A DNA stretch of 61,483 nucleotides, counting the filler, from Bipalium vagum (lineage: Eukaryota), in NCBI GenBank assembly GCA_037834085.1. It is 3 parts of 3 records of this genome, joined end to end, with 100 filler letters (N's around TTAATTAATTAA, not from the genome) between each part and the next. Parts side by side here need not be neighbours in the genome. Positions count along the whole stretch, not along the records: positions 39,032 to 61,483 come from JBBMKC010219909.1; 2 more parts are not named here. One strand, 5' to 3'. The notes under the pieces were generated by a model that saw only the letters and a program-made list of their open reading frames with translations, searched no databases and had not been told where the DNA came from. Of this stretch, positions 40,401 through 53,283 are shown piece by piece. Both the position numbers and the translations under genes were made by a program. The number at the start of each line of letters is the position of its first letter. Positions within the stretch are counted from its first letter, which is position 1.

Positions 40401-41776
40401 CGGGTTTTTTTTAAAGTATAGAGTAAATATTATTTTTGTACTTTTGTATAAACACCATCAATTCATTTAAACAAATAATTATTAAATATAAATAAAGTAG
40501 AAATGATGATTCATAATTGTAACAATTTTCTCTTGATTTTCATTTTCCATTAATAAAACAATGTAAAACATTCGACAAATAACGGAGGAAAAAAGAAAAA
40601 TAAAACTTAAATTTACTAATTAAATCAAGCTTAAAATTTTATCGTTTTGTTTAAGACGAAAAAATTAATGGTTTAAATATTTTTCAGATTTGTGAGATTA
40701 GGGAAAATAATTCTCCATTTGTCGACAGCGATTCGCTCAGTTCCAAAAATCCAGATTATTTTCTTTCGATCTCCAAAATGATAAATTCTTGTTTAAATGC
40801 TTCCACTTCAATTTATTCCCAAATTATTTTCAAGAGACCTACTTCTCGAACAGTGTCGTGATTAAGATTTTTAAGAAAAATAATTTTTGGACCGTTTTCT
40901 TTGTCATTCGAACTTTACTTGGGCTTTTTTAATTATCAACCATGTGAAACGATTTGTAAATGTCTCGAAAAATATTCTCAGAACGTATAATATTAAAACA
41001 AATAAAGGACCATTGACATGAGGCGATTCAGTTTTATCAAAATTTGGCATTTTAGGATTTGTTTAACTTTTAATTAACACAAGATGATATTCTTTTTCGT
41101 CTATGTTCTCATAACCATCTGTATAATCATTATCTAAGTCTGAATGTTTTACCATGAACATGGTGGGGAGGGTCTAAGCAATTGTTGATCCCGTCTGAAA
41201 GGCCAAACCAAAGATATCTTGTTTCATGTTAAAATAGAAAAAATAAAAATAATGAAATAAGGGTTAAATATTGATAAATAAGAGATCAGATTCAAAGAGT
41301 GATTTGATCCAAAATATCGAGCTCCCGTCTAAATAGAATAAGCCCCGTTGAACCTGACATAGAATCTGTAACAATATCTCTTACAATTATCATTTTAACA
41401 ACGTCCAAAATTATCTCAAGCTTGAAGACGTAAATATTTAATTAAGAAAATAAACAAATAATGAAATTAAATCATATTTACATTAAATTATGAATATATA
41501 ATTTCATTTCGTTTCGGTTTTCTCACGTTCGGTTTGTTTTAATTTTAATTTTTAGAATTTATTTTTGTTGAACTTTTCGAAATATAAATAATAGAAATGA
41601 ATAAAAATATTTATTAAATTAAAAGATATGAAAAAAAAATCTGTTAATAGTTTTAAGAAAATTAATATTCTGACTCTGAAATATTATATTAATCAATAAT
41701 AATATAATCATTATTATTAGTAATAAATATTAATTAATAATAATATGGAATTGTGAGATTAACTGAAATTTGTTCG

Positions 41777-41842
41777 GGGGGTGTAGCTAAGCGATCAGAG
41801 CAGTACATGCGAAAGATCCCGGGTTCGAATCCCGGTATCCAA
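41777..41842 (+). pseudogene. tRNA-Ala-derived sequence with anticodon-arm deletion
   Basis: GGGGGTGTAGCTAAGCGATCAGAGC..CCGGGTTCGAATCCCGGTATCC: intact B box and T-arm, anticodon loop missing; same family as 36161. Confidence 0.8.
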
Positions 41843-43109
41843 TATTAATTTTCACCGAGCATGAATATTATAAAAGGTTGACATTGTCCAACTTAGAAAT
41901 CACTAAAGCTTAGACCATGCCATTCGTACTATAGATATTCTTATTTTTATATATTTCAACAAAACCGATTAAAACAAGGAAATACAAATTGAAAGATATT
42001 TATATATAAATATATATTTCATAGCCTTTTTTAAATCCCGAATCCATTGAATTTATTAATTTTTTTATAAATAATAAAAAATAATAATTTATTATCCTTC
42101 ATATATTTTTTTAATGATTAAAATATTACAAACTTTTGAAAGAGAATCAATTTTATCTTTGAAAAAGTGAAAAAACGATAAAAAAAATTTCATATTTTCT
42201 TTGATGATTGTTTTGTTGTAAAATATAAAATAAAAAACTGAAATGATTGCGATCTCCAGCGAACATTCTATTCTTTATACATAAATCAGATTCTCTTCAA
42301 AAAGAAATGACGAATTCTTTTCCCATTTTACAGCAACTTTAATTTCACTTCCGCTGTCTGAACTTTTGGATTCGTTGGGATAAGGCGTTCTCCTCAGATT
42401 TGTTTATAAAATGATTTTTTAAGACTTCTCTGCTATGGGCTTAGAAATCAATTACTTAAACAAATTTTATTTTATTTTACTCTTGCGAAAATAATGTCGA
42501 TTTATCTCTCATATTTTATTATTAATATTTTATTTACAATTCTCAAATTATTATTATTAACTTTGCGGAAAAATGTTCTCAGACTTTTCTCGTTTATTTA
42601 TGTATAAAATAACACTTTCCCATAGAAAAACGAGGAAGAAACACAAAAAAGAATTTTCTTTTTATCATCAAATCTGTCAACCGTACAATTATCTCTAAGA
42701 AATTAAAAGACTTCCGGGAAGAACGGAAATATAACGTAAGATAAACACACTTTCGAAATATTTCTGTATGTGTGAGAATTTAATAAGTTTAAGTTTTTAT
42801 TTTAAATAATTTTTTTAAATATAAAAAACATTTTTTTTATTTAATAAAATTTAATCAGATTTAAATTATTTATTTTTGAAATAAATATAAAAAATTATTA
42901 AATAAGATTTTCATTTTCCGACAATCAGTTCTTTTCTTCTTTTTATTTTGTTTTTTATTATGTATATGTCCGAGATAAATCGTGAATATTTTCTGTGTTG
43001 TATGAAACATTTTATTCTTATAAAATTCATCTAACCTTGATTTGTTTAACTAAAGTAATGTATCGATATTATTAATTATAGTATTTTATAGTTTTATATA
43101 TGATTTCAG

Positions 43110-43240
43110 GTTATGATAGAAAAGTTGTAGTGTTAGAAGCGCTTCGAATCGAGAAACAGTCAGAATAAATTGTTGATTTGTTTGTCTATATCAAGACAAC
43201 ATTTTACAAAATACCTAAAATTTTTAAGTATGATCAGACA
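43110..43240 (+). mobile_element. maT-like transposase N-terminal fragment
   Basis: YDRKVVVLEALRIEKQSE*IVDLFVYIKTTFYKI resembles RRxAVIExLRAGxxPxEIxxxFGYxxxTVY. Confidence 0.55.
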
Positions 43241-43814
43241 ATTTAAATTCAGAATAAACAACGACAAACGTGTACTACAAAAAAGGTCATACCCTATTTA
43301 AGAGAAAATAATGATACTGGTGGCTCGAAAAATATTTGCAACACCAAAAACCAAAAAGAAATTTTAAATGACAAAGTCTGTAGTTATTGTAGCAATAAAT
43401 TGGGATAATTGCTAAAAATCTTATTTCCTACGACAAAGAGATCTCGACAGAAAATTAAAAATCAAGTCGTAGATTGAAGGGTTTTTAAATTTCTTTTCCT
43501 AGACCACATCGAATATTCGTATTTTGTTGACTTTCATATTGTTGTATACCAATTTTTATTAAAAAAAACTTACTTCTTTGTTATACTTATATTTTTTTCA
43601 AATTTTTCAGGTTTATATAGTACATTTTGCAGTATTAATATTTTTAAATGTAAAAGTTGAAAAAAACGAATTAAGTAATGACATTTCCATTTATTAAAAT
43701 AAATTATTTTAATATTCATATATATTTGTTCTGTATAATTTTTAGCACTTGTTTTAATTAAAATATTCCCAATATTATAAAAGGGAGTGTAGTATATATA
43801 CGTTCTTCTTCGCA

Positions 43815-44791
43815 AATAGGTGTGTCTAATTTCAAGTAATTAAATGTCTTCTTTAAAAAAAACAGCTGAGAGCTACTGTATCACTGTTAAGATCTATTGT
43901 GGCAGCGCTGTAGCTCAAAAAACAAGCGGAAATTGGTTTGAAGGATTAAAACAAAATGTCGAATATACAGAATTGTAAGCATTATTGGATAAGAATGACG
44001 CACAAACTCGATAATATCTAGCAGATGTCTTAAATTTAAGCCAACAATCAATTTCTGGTAGATTCCGATGAATATAGGAGATTCAAAAAGAATGGAAAAT
44101 GGATTCCATATACATTTAATGAGCAAAACAAAGAAAACCAAAAAATTTGTGAATTCTTGATAGAAAAGCACAGAAGAAAAGCGTGTTTGCATCATATTCT
44201 CACTGGGATTAGAACATTGGTATATTTTGATAATGCAAAACCAAGAACATCTTGGTGCGACCTGGTCAACATGTTTATTGATTATAAAATGAAATTTTTT
44301 TGAGAAGACATTATTGAGCAAGGGGCATCAGAAGTGTATGTTGTACTATAAGATCTTACAATCCTTATCAACAACAACTACCTAGGTTGAGTAGTTCATT
44401 TAAAGAAAAAGGAGTAGAGTGGACTAAAAGAGTTGTGAAAATCATTTTTCAAAATCAGTAAAGTAATTTTTAAATGTACTTCAATGGGATGTCTTATTCC
44501 ACTGCCTAATTCGCCAGACATTTTCCATCGAATTATTACTTCTTTAGATCGATGACACATTGTCTCTTTGAATAGTATTTCCACAACTCCTGGGAAGTCA
44601 AAAATTGGATTTATAAGTAGATCGGATCGAAACAAGAAAATTTTTGTAACGGTAATCACAAACTATCACATAAATGGGATGAGATTGTGGATAATGATGG
44701 AAATTACTTTGACTAAAAACTTTGTTTAATTTAATTAAATCAGTGTTTTAGCACTCATAAAAAATCGTCATATTCAAATTGTGCACTTAAT
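43815..44791 (+). mobile_element. Near full-length decayed Mos1-like mariner
   Basis: LKKTAESY, EL*ALLDKNDAQT..LNLSQQSISGR, LHHILTG, YFDNAK, WDVLFH..SPDI..YFFRSMTH, KWDEIVDNDGNYFD*; right TIR-like sequence at ~44762-44791. Confidence 0.92.
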
Positions 44792-45151
44792 ATTTTCATC
44801 TTCCATAACATTAAGGCATGAAACAATGACTTTTAGTTCTGACAATACAGAATTTTTAAGAGGAATGGATTTTACTTCTTGTCACAATATAATTAGGTTC
44901 ACTCCTATTTAGAGCATTCTTGTATTACACTTAATTTTAATATCTCGGATTTTAAAATCGTACCACTGACCTATCGAGAAAGTTATCTGAATCTGTTACG
45001 AAAATTCAATGGAAGAACAAGTAAATAATACTTATTTTAAGTCGGGTTTATTTAACTAACATTTTCAATGTTATTAAAATTTTAATTCTCCTGGTTTCAT
45101 ATTATGGAAGTGGTGTCATCATATTCAAAAAATTTACAGAGAGTAATTATA

Positions 45152-45450
45152 CGGGGCTTGTCATGTCATTTTGTTATTTTCAATTCAATTTTGTTTGAAT
45201 TGGACTCTTTTGACAACTTGGACTATAAAAAATTCTTTTAATTTAAGACAAAGTAAATCAGTGGTAATAGCAGACGATTTTGCGAGGTGAATTATGGATT
45301 AATTTTTTGAGTAATAAAAGGAGGTCGATTTTTGATGTAGTATACAACGGTACATGCTATTATTAACGTGCATATTAAAAAAGATAGGATTACTAAAAAA
45401 TTAAAAGTGGATCCTAGAAATAGGTCACTGCAGACTAAGCATGTCAATGT
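45152..45450 (+). mobile_element. Possible Merlin relic
   Basis: GG-starting end-like sequence followed by weak ILRGELWI, HAIINVHIKK, VDPR motifs. Confidence 0.3.
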
Positions 45451-46489
45451 AGCGATACGTTATATTATATTATTTTTATAATTCAATATATAAAATTATG
45501 TTTTTAAATAATATATTAAATATTTTTAAAGGAAAATGATGAGCAAAATAAGCTCAATATTTCTTGTTAATTTATTTATGATTTTAATAAATAAAAAGAA
45601 TATTATACTACAATTACAGCCAATAGAAAATCAAATGAATAATTTCTGTGAAAGAATGAATTCATTAGCATTTATGTTCCTGACAAATTTTTATTTTTCA
45701 CTGAAAAGAACCAGAATTCCATAACATTTGAGATTATCTGAAATTCATAAATTTTACTAATTAAATATTTTATTTTCATTTTTCATTGTTTCCATCGATT
45801 CTGTCAATCATACAATAATAGAAAAACTTTTGATTTTTTTATTGATTATCTCAAACAATTTCCCAAAACCCCTTCAGATTCCCTGTGTTTCATAATTGGG
45901 GGTATTTTCAAATTTTTGCTTAAAGCTTTTTGAAGAATGTTATATAATTATTATTATATATCATTATTTTATATTTTGAGTTCATAAATATTTTATGCAT
46001 AACTTGATGAGCACACATCGTTTATAAGAATTTTCAAAATATAAAATTCAACTTTTTAACCCGACTCTTTTGTGAACGAAATAAAAATCTAATTAATCTT
46101 TCATATGAAATTTGTCTTCATTAATTGATTCCCGGTGCAATTTCTTCCGGTTCAGGTCTTCCTATAAATAATATTGTATGCCATGATTGTACAGAAATTT
46201 TAGAACTATTTTGCAACCCTTACTGTTGCTTTACTTATTACGAAATTATCTGTAAGTTCTAAATTATGTTGAACTTTCTGAATTAGCATGTTTAAATATC
46301 ATTGTGAAGGTCAACCTCAACCTTAAGATGAATAATATTTGTTTTAATAATGTAAATATTTGAATTTATTTAAATATTTCAGATTTTACAAAAATATATC
46401 TTCAAGTATAAAAATGAATATAAATAAAATATAAACTAAATAAGAATATTAAATAAATAAATATAAAAATATATTTTACAAATGGCTTA

Positions 46490-47200
46490 CCAATCAAAGA
46501 AGAGTTTTCAAAGAAAGATGCATCCTTTTCATTAATTGAAATATTATGCCACTCTTATGATATCCCCTTTTGACTCTATTTTCTGTCCTCTGAAATGATT
46601 TTTAAGTGAATAAGCATGAAGAATCCTTCACTAGAACCCAACTCAAGACTATACGGAGGGTGTTGCAGCTTTTTCGAGCGATTACGTCTATAGTTCAGTG
46701 GACTGCAGCGTTGTAATGCAAAAGACAGAGCTCTTGATTCTTTGGATTCAGTCATAACTTTCTCACAGCACTAACAAGTGCGCACTAATAGTTCGAGTCG
46801 ATGATTTCTCTAATAAGGCTGGTCTTTATCACACTTTTTGCACCAAAATACAAATTAATCATTAGATATTTTCAATGTGTCTTTTAAAAACGTGTCTTTA
46901 GAAAACCCTTTCACAAGTCTCAGCTTTGATGTATTGAATATAAAGGCTCAATTAAACTATTCTTCTAAATATTCTGTTCAAGAACGTGAAATAGATCAGT
47001 TTTTCTTGACATGTTATTCTTACATACCTACCGATGCAAACGTGGGTTAAATCGACTGCATAACCCTTTTTATTCAAATGCTCTTCTACACGATCTTCTT
47101 GCTTAAATTAAGTTTAATAGACAGTTCTCTTTGGGCAATCCACCCCTCTTCTATCAAAATAATTTATCAAGCGGTTATTATGCAAAACAGAATCAATAAT
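46490..47200 (-). mobile_element. mariner transposase relic (irritans-like)
   Basis: IAQRELSIKLNLSK, FRRIV, VFWCKK, LLHYNAAVH, LQHPPYSLELGSS, LKNHFRGQK. Confidence 0.85.
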
Positions 47201-47299
47201 ATTTCGTGCTGTATATAATTGTTTAAAGTAGAAATTTCATGGACTTTTTAACTTTATTTCTGTACAAATATCCTGACTTTTTATCCACACCACTAAGAT

Positions 47300-47790
47300 C
47301 ATGTTCTCGCCAAAACTTGTTACCAAAGAAATCATCAGAAAAGGTGTTTTCGAATTAATCAGTACCAAAAAAAAGAATCTCTCTGAAAAGGCTTCTGAAA
47401 AATTTAGTTCCCTCTGACATAAGTCTGAACATTTTCCTGCTCACATAAAAAATATAATATAATTTCGTGTAAACTTTGGTACTTGTGAAATAAAGGAACC
47501 AAATTTCACAATTACTGCTGTTTTAATTTCCTTTTCCAATAAAACCTTTCAAAACTTGTTTTGATTACAAAACAAAATGCCATTTAACAGCCTTGCTTGG
47601 GTTATCCCAAGGCCGATTATTTTTCGCCAGCAGTCGTTTGAGACTCCCAGACTCTGAAAATATCCAAGACTTTATGGTGCAGACACCGTCGTTTTTCCTT
47701 TGGTCACTCTTTAAAAGACATAGAGACCATTTGCCTTTAATTATCCCGTTTCATATTTGAAGAACATTTTCTGGTAATTCCATTTTTTCA
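47300..47790 (-). pseudogene. Endogenous parvoviral element: decayed NS1 SF3 helicase (Hamaparvovirinae, brevi/penstyl-densovirus-like)
   Basis: KANGLYVF*RVTKGKTT (Walker A), LLNGILF (Walker B, EE lost), *KVLLEKEIKTAV (motif B'), ISQVPKF (motif C region), ENVQ-LCQR (Arg-finger region); mostly one frame. Confidence 0.65.
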
Positions 47791-48004
47791 TGGCATATTT
47801 TATTTTAATTCAACTAAACAAAAAAAATATTATATAAATAAAGTTATAAATAAAAAAATAATTCATAAATGAAAAATGCTCTAAATTTTTCTGTCATTAA
47901 ATTAAAAGAGATCAATCATTTTTGGAGCCTCTACCCCTATTTTAGGGGAAATTAAATAAATTGTTTTATCTTGATTAAGTGTCATTGTATTGATAACAGA
48001 AAAT

Positions 48005-48360
48005 ATAATCGAGATTTTTTTATTTTTCCCATTTTGTTTGAATCGGTAAAACTACCCTTCTTCATTCTTACTAATGACTGACCATTGTGAAAAGAAAAGC
48101 GGTCCTTTGTGATGGGCAATACCCCTACGATCGCCATAAATGAAATCTCATTCTATGACAGTCGTTTTATGATGATTTGGCATATTTAATAGCTGATATT
48201 ATAAAAGAGGATTAAATATACCAAGGAAATATTGAAGCCAATATTCCATGGACTGATTATAGAACAACATTAAAGGGTTTGGGACCTAAATATTTCAGCG
48301 TCCTAGGTAAACGTTTATCAAGAAAATATCCTTTTAACATTATTCTCAACGTCTAAGTCA
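48005..48360 (+). pseudogene. ARF/ARL-like small GTPase pseudogene
   Basis: IGKTTLL (G1, 48042), TPTIAINEISFY (G2, 48121), MIWHI (G3 WDI, 48178), HGLII, YPFNIILN (G4, 48348); spacing fits ARF; stops and frameshifts present. Confidence 0.5.
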
Positions 48361-49584
48361 GGAAAGTTTTATTTTTGTTAGTTAATAAATTTAATTTTTT
48401 CTTCCAGTGTGAAGTTATTACATGAAAAAGGCTTATCAAATAATTGATAAATAAAATGGAACTCGTGATATGATAAGAACAATCACAAGAAAGAAAGGTT
48501 AAACATCAAGTTTGACAATCAATGTTCAAGCTTTGTTTGGAATAAAACAAACTATTTGTTCCACAATGAAGATACAATCTGAACTGCTTTTAATATAAAA
48601 GTAAATTGATGACCACTTGTGACCTACTTTTATCTTCCTTGGACAGGTCAAACCAAACTGGAAAGATATGAAATAAATGTTTTCCAAGAAATGTTCTCAA
48701 TTCTACCAGTAAATCTAATCGTATAACTTCATTCCATTCATTTGTGAGGAAACAATGCCTTATGGTCATAGTAACTAAATTTGGTAAGTGCCCGTAACGT
48801 TGCCCTTCAAAATTCTTTCCATGGATTTGTAATTAAAAATTAATAATTATTATTATATTATCTATTATAATAGAACTGGTTATTTATCAAAATAAATGTT
48901 TAAAGTCCTTCCAACTTAACCTCATCAATATTGCATGAAGATGTTGTCTCTCGTTATGTTTTAGTGAGCTTTTCAAGTGAGTTTGTCCTTCAGCTATTAG
49001 GAATACTAAGGGTTAAATGAACTACTTTTTAAAATGATCTTCGAATTGCTGACCATTTGAAGGTCGTTATTATTGGGTTTGGAACTGAGTAATTGTAATT
49101 CAATGAAATTATTAATAAAATTTAATAAATTATTTTTTATTTAATTGGTTTTCTTGTTTATCCACGTGTTTTCAAACAAATGTGACATGCTGGAAAAATG
49201 GTAATTTTATCAAAATGCCATAATTAAATTAATTATTATAATTATTACTACGAATGTCTTAAATTTGTTTTAATAAACATCGAAAAATTAATTGATTTTC
49301 CTGGATCCAAAATTTACATGGTTTCATTGTTTCTATTGATTTGTTCTTTTTTATTTATAAATTAAGGTTTCTCTCTATGCAAATTATTAAGAGTGATACA
49401 GCTAAAATAATAATAATAATAATCATTATTATTATTATTAAATTTTTTATGTTAAATTATATCTTTTTTCCAATAGGAAATCTCAGACTTCTTCGGTTGG
49501 TATAAATTGGGTTTCATTATTTATAAAAAATAAATATGACAAGTTTCACCAGATCGGGGTCAATGGACATAATTGCATATTTTA

Positions 49585-49961
49585 TGTCGAACAATGAAAT
49601 TTGCGTTAGAGAAAAAGGAAATATTTTAAAGATAATTGGGATTTGGAATCAAGATAATTAAGACTACGGATTTTGGGCTGATTTAAAACAACAGTTGCTC
49701 TCTTAGACAGCTGTTTTGGCGATTATCAACATAATTAATTCCAGATCTGATCTGGTATGGCAATCAGTGTAAAATCCGATCTGCTCCTGCGGTTTTCTCT
49801 GGGTTGGATATATAAAAAAACTTCCTAAATTAATAAAATATTTTCGCTGTAGATTTGGAAATGTCCCAATTGATAATATTATTACAATTATTGGGTCTGG
49901 TATCTTAATAAAGAGAGTCCGTGTGTCTTCAATGTTAGTCTTTCACAAAAAAATGGTGACA
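49585..49961 (+). mobile_element. Probable solo LTR
   Basis: TGTC...GACA termini, TATATAAAA at 49809, AATAAA ~49907, near-TSD ttta/ttaa. Confidence 0.55.
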
Positions 49962-50999
49962 TTAAAGGAGAATAAATCATATATAATTATAAGGACACTG
50001 ATCATATCATGGGAATTTTTATATTTAAAATCATATTTTTTAATAATATGTAGTGGTTTTATTAATATTATTTAAATGCTAACTAATAATTAATTAATTA
50101 ATTAAAATTATTATAAGTTAATAATTAAAGAAAATTATAAAAATTATATTATATATCAGGTTTTCAAGGTTTGACTGAATTGTTTAAATATTTAGAGTTG
50201 TGAAAACACAAAATAAATTATTAAAAACATCTCAACTAATGGATTATAAAAATTCTACTTATTAAAAGCACTAATTTTGATATTATTGATTTTTTTATCT
50301 GTTATTATCAATTGGCTTATAATCAGAACTACAAGTAATTTTTTGAATAGATTTATTAAGGGATAAAACGAATAATATTTAAACAAATTCTCTAAGACCT
50401 AGAAATTCCCTTTTTTATTAAATATTTCAAAAATAATTAAAATAAACAATTAAAGAATTCCCCAGGGACGATTAGCCTCCTCATATTATCATTAATATAA
50501 GACTGAAAACCAACAAAATAAATGAGAATAATTATGAAGACAAGATCAATATGAAAAAATTTCAATTAAATCTTTAATTATCTAATATAAATGTTTTTAA
50601 AAAAATAATAATTTTATATATTTATTCTTTTTATTTATTTATTTACATATCTTTACGTATCTATCTTTTTATAGATCTTGGTATGATTCTACATTGATGA
50701 TTATATGTTTTGATACATTTCTTTAATTTTTTGGGTTTGTTTTTCATTAAAAAATGATAATTTATTTTCTTCAATATTTCACATTAATTTAAAAAATTAT
50801 TTATTCGATTTTTCTTAATTGAAGAAATAAAATGTGAAAGGAGAAATATTTTTTCAGTTTAAATGAAATTTCAATTGTAAATTTATAATTAATTAATGAT
50901 AATGTGATGTTTATTGATTCATTAAATGAAACATTTTCATATGGATCTGTGTGACCAAATTAATTAATTGATATTTATCAAACGAGTCAAATCAAAAGA

Positions 51000-52330
51000 A
51001 ATATTTTAAAAGGAAAATCCACTGGTTTCCTCAACATATAATCTTTAGAAAGATAGGATTTTTCCATATATTTTTCACACAATTTGTTTTACTTCCAATT
51101 ATGGATTTTCTTCTTGAATGAATTAATTTTTTAACTTCCAATATATTTATTTCATTTTTTGATTATTTTCGATTATATTGTTTTAATAAGCGAAATAATA
51201 AATTCGTTTCTAGCGTCTTCAGCTGCTAACACCATTTGCTTAGTAAAAATAATTTTCGGTTATAAAAAGCAAGTGGAAAAAGAAGGTTTACAATTGATTT
51301 ATCTGATCAAATTTTTCTTTAGAAATACCATTTGTCCATCATTTGAAATGGTTAAAGGGATGCTGAGATTTCCTTCTAAATAATGGGTGAAGTGTTTTTA
51401 ATTACCACTACAATTTTAATATAGTTTTCAGTTTTGAGAATCTTCTGTTTAATGGATCGGATATAATTATTGAGACAAAGGAAATTAAATTAATAATTTT
51501 TATTCTTTTTATGGATGGACTCTAAACTTTTTATCCGATAGCTCTCCACTGAGCGCTTATCTTCAAATTTTATTTAATAATTTTTAGAACTTCTTTGTAC
51601 ACAAAATATCAAGAGTTCTTTTGTCGAACACAATAACATACACTTTTATTATTTAGATTAATTATAAATGAAGTGCTAAATTTGTGAATTATTTTGGTCT
51701 AACTAAAATTCAATATATTAAGAGTTCCTCTAAAAATAGGGTTGTTGTTTTTGTCGCAATCAGAATATACGAATAATTCAAGAGAAACATCTAAAATATT
51801 TTTTTCAAAATGTTAATATTAATTTCATAATTCTCTCATCTTGGTATTTATAAATACCACCCAATAGCAGGTTTCGAAGAAAACCAATCATTGGTCCATT
51901 TTCAAGATCCTCACAAGTATGTGAAGTATGAGTCATCGATTGCAACCAATGAAATGCTCACTGTCAAATCTTGTGAACATGGTTGATAATAAATATTCCA
52001 CAGGTGAGTTATTTAAACATGTTTTAATTCATTTTAAAATCTGTAATTTTGTGTCGAAATTGCCAATTTTTCCTTATTCTTTTATCCATTCAGTCTGTGT
52101 AATGGGCAAATATCGGTGCAAATTTGATTTTTATATATATTATTGTTTTCACGTGGTTATAAAAGCTTTTAGTAAATCAAATCACTGATCTCCAAAGAAG
52201 AAGTAATGATTTTTTGCTCAATACCAATTTGACCTTGCAGTCGGTTTTGATCATCTCGCTTACCTGAGACTCTTAAAATCAATTTATGTTTCATTTCCGG
52301 TCTTAATTAAAAACAAATCCACATTTCTTT
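51000..52330 (-). mobile_element. Gypsy pol relic (RT and RNase H)
   Basis: IDFKSL, FTK, KLAIST, CLNNSPVEY, IDD, RRFSKTENY, KHFTHYLEG..PLTISND in canonical order. Confidence 0.65.
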
Positions 52331-52507
52331 AAGATCTTTTATTAAACGTCTTGCCTTGATATTTAACATAGTTACATGTAAAAATAGTAACGATAAAAAA
52401 ATAAGCAGAAAATGTGAAATAAATTTGTTTAATTAAAATGTTGTGTATTCGGTCGTCTCAAATGTAATATCGTTTGTTTACAAAAAATCTGAAGATAAAA
52501 CATTAAC

Positions 52508-53283
52508 TTAAAATACCTGTATATTAATCACAAAGTCACCATTATGTTCAACAATATCAATCCGTTTACAATATAATTTCATTATGCGAGCCTTGTTAAA
52601 GTTTTCACTCCTGGAATGGGAAAACTCGTGTATAACTATGTTAGCAGCTTCATAAGAATTAAGCTGTTTACCGACTAAACATTTTGCATTGACCGGAACA
52701 AATGGCAATCGGATGTTGCAATGTCCAGACTATATGGAGAATGATGAAAAATTTTCCAGTCAAATTCCTTAATTTTCTGGAGTGATATTTGATCGCGCGT
52801 TATCTTGATGGAGAATGATTGTTTTTCTTTTTGTCAAAGCTGGGAACCTAACTGGAATTTTTGCTTTATATCTTTCAAAATGAATGAAAATACCACGAGC
52901 ACACCACCAAACACATAGCAAAACCTTTCTTCTATTTGGCTTTGTGGGGAGATTTCAGGTGTTTTGTCAGGCGAAGCCATTGTTTCTCTGTCATAATTGA
53001 GTTCATTACTCAGGTCATTCAGGGTTTGAAATTGATTTTCTTCCACAGCAGCCTTGATAGTATTCATGTCTGCAGTTGATGGCCTCCGAGATTTAGAAGC
53101 ATTTCATAAATCAAAATTTTTGTCTTTGAACCGTCTAAGCCATCTCTAACATTTCCTCAAATCGAGAGTGTCTGGATAATTTTTGTTTATTGACATAATT
53201 ACTTCTGAAGCCGTTTTCTCGTGGTTAAATTCATACAGCATGTAATTGGGTAGGTGACCGTCACTTGCTATTTTGTCTATCAT
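52508..53283 (-). mobile_element. Internally deleted mariner
   Basis: HLPNYMLYEF..KTASE..C*RWLRRFKDKNFDL; LLCVWW; ILHQDNAR; HSPYSLDIATSDCHLFRSMQN; IVEHNGDFV. Confidence 0.92.

Noticed and set aside
43887-44659. Minus-strand ORFs of 144 and 87 aa
   Set aside because: Antisense shadows of the plus-strand mariner pseudogene
48450-48830. YFYLPW-containing frame as a parvovirus capsid partner of the NS1 relic
   Set aside because: One weak motif only, opposite strand and separated by the ARF-like relic; left as a search target
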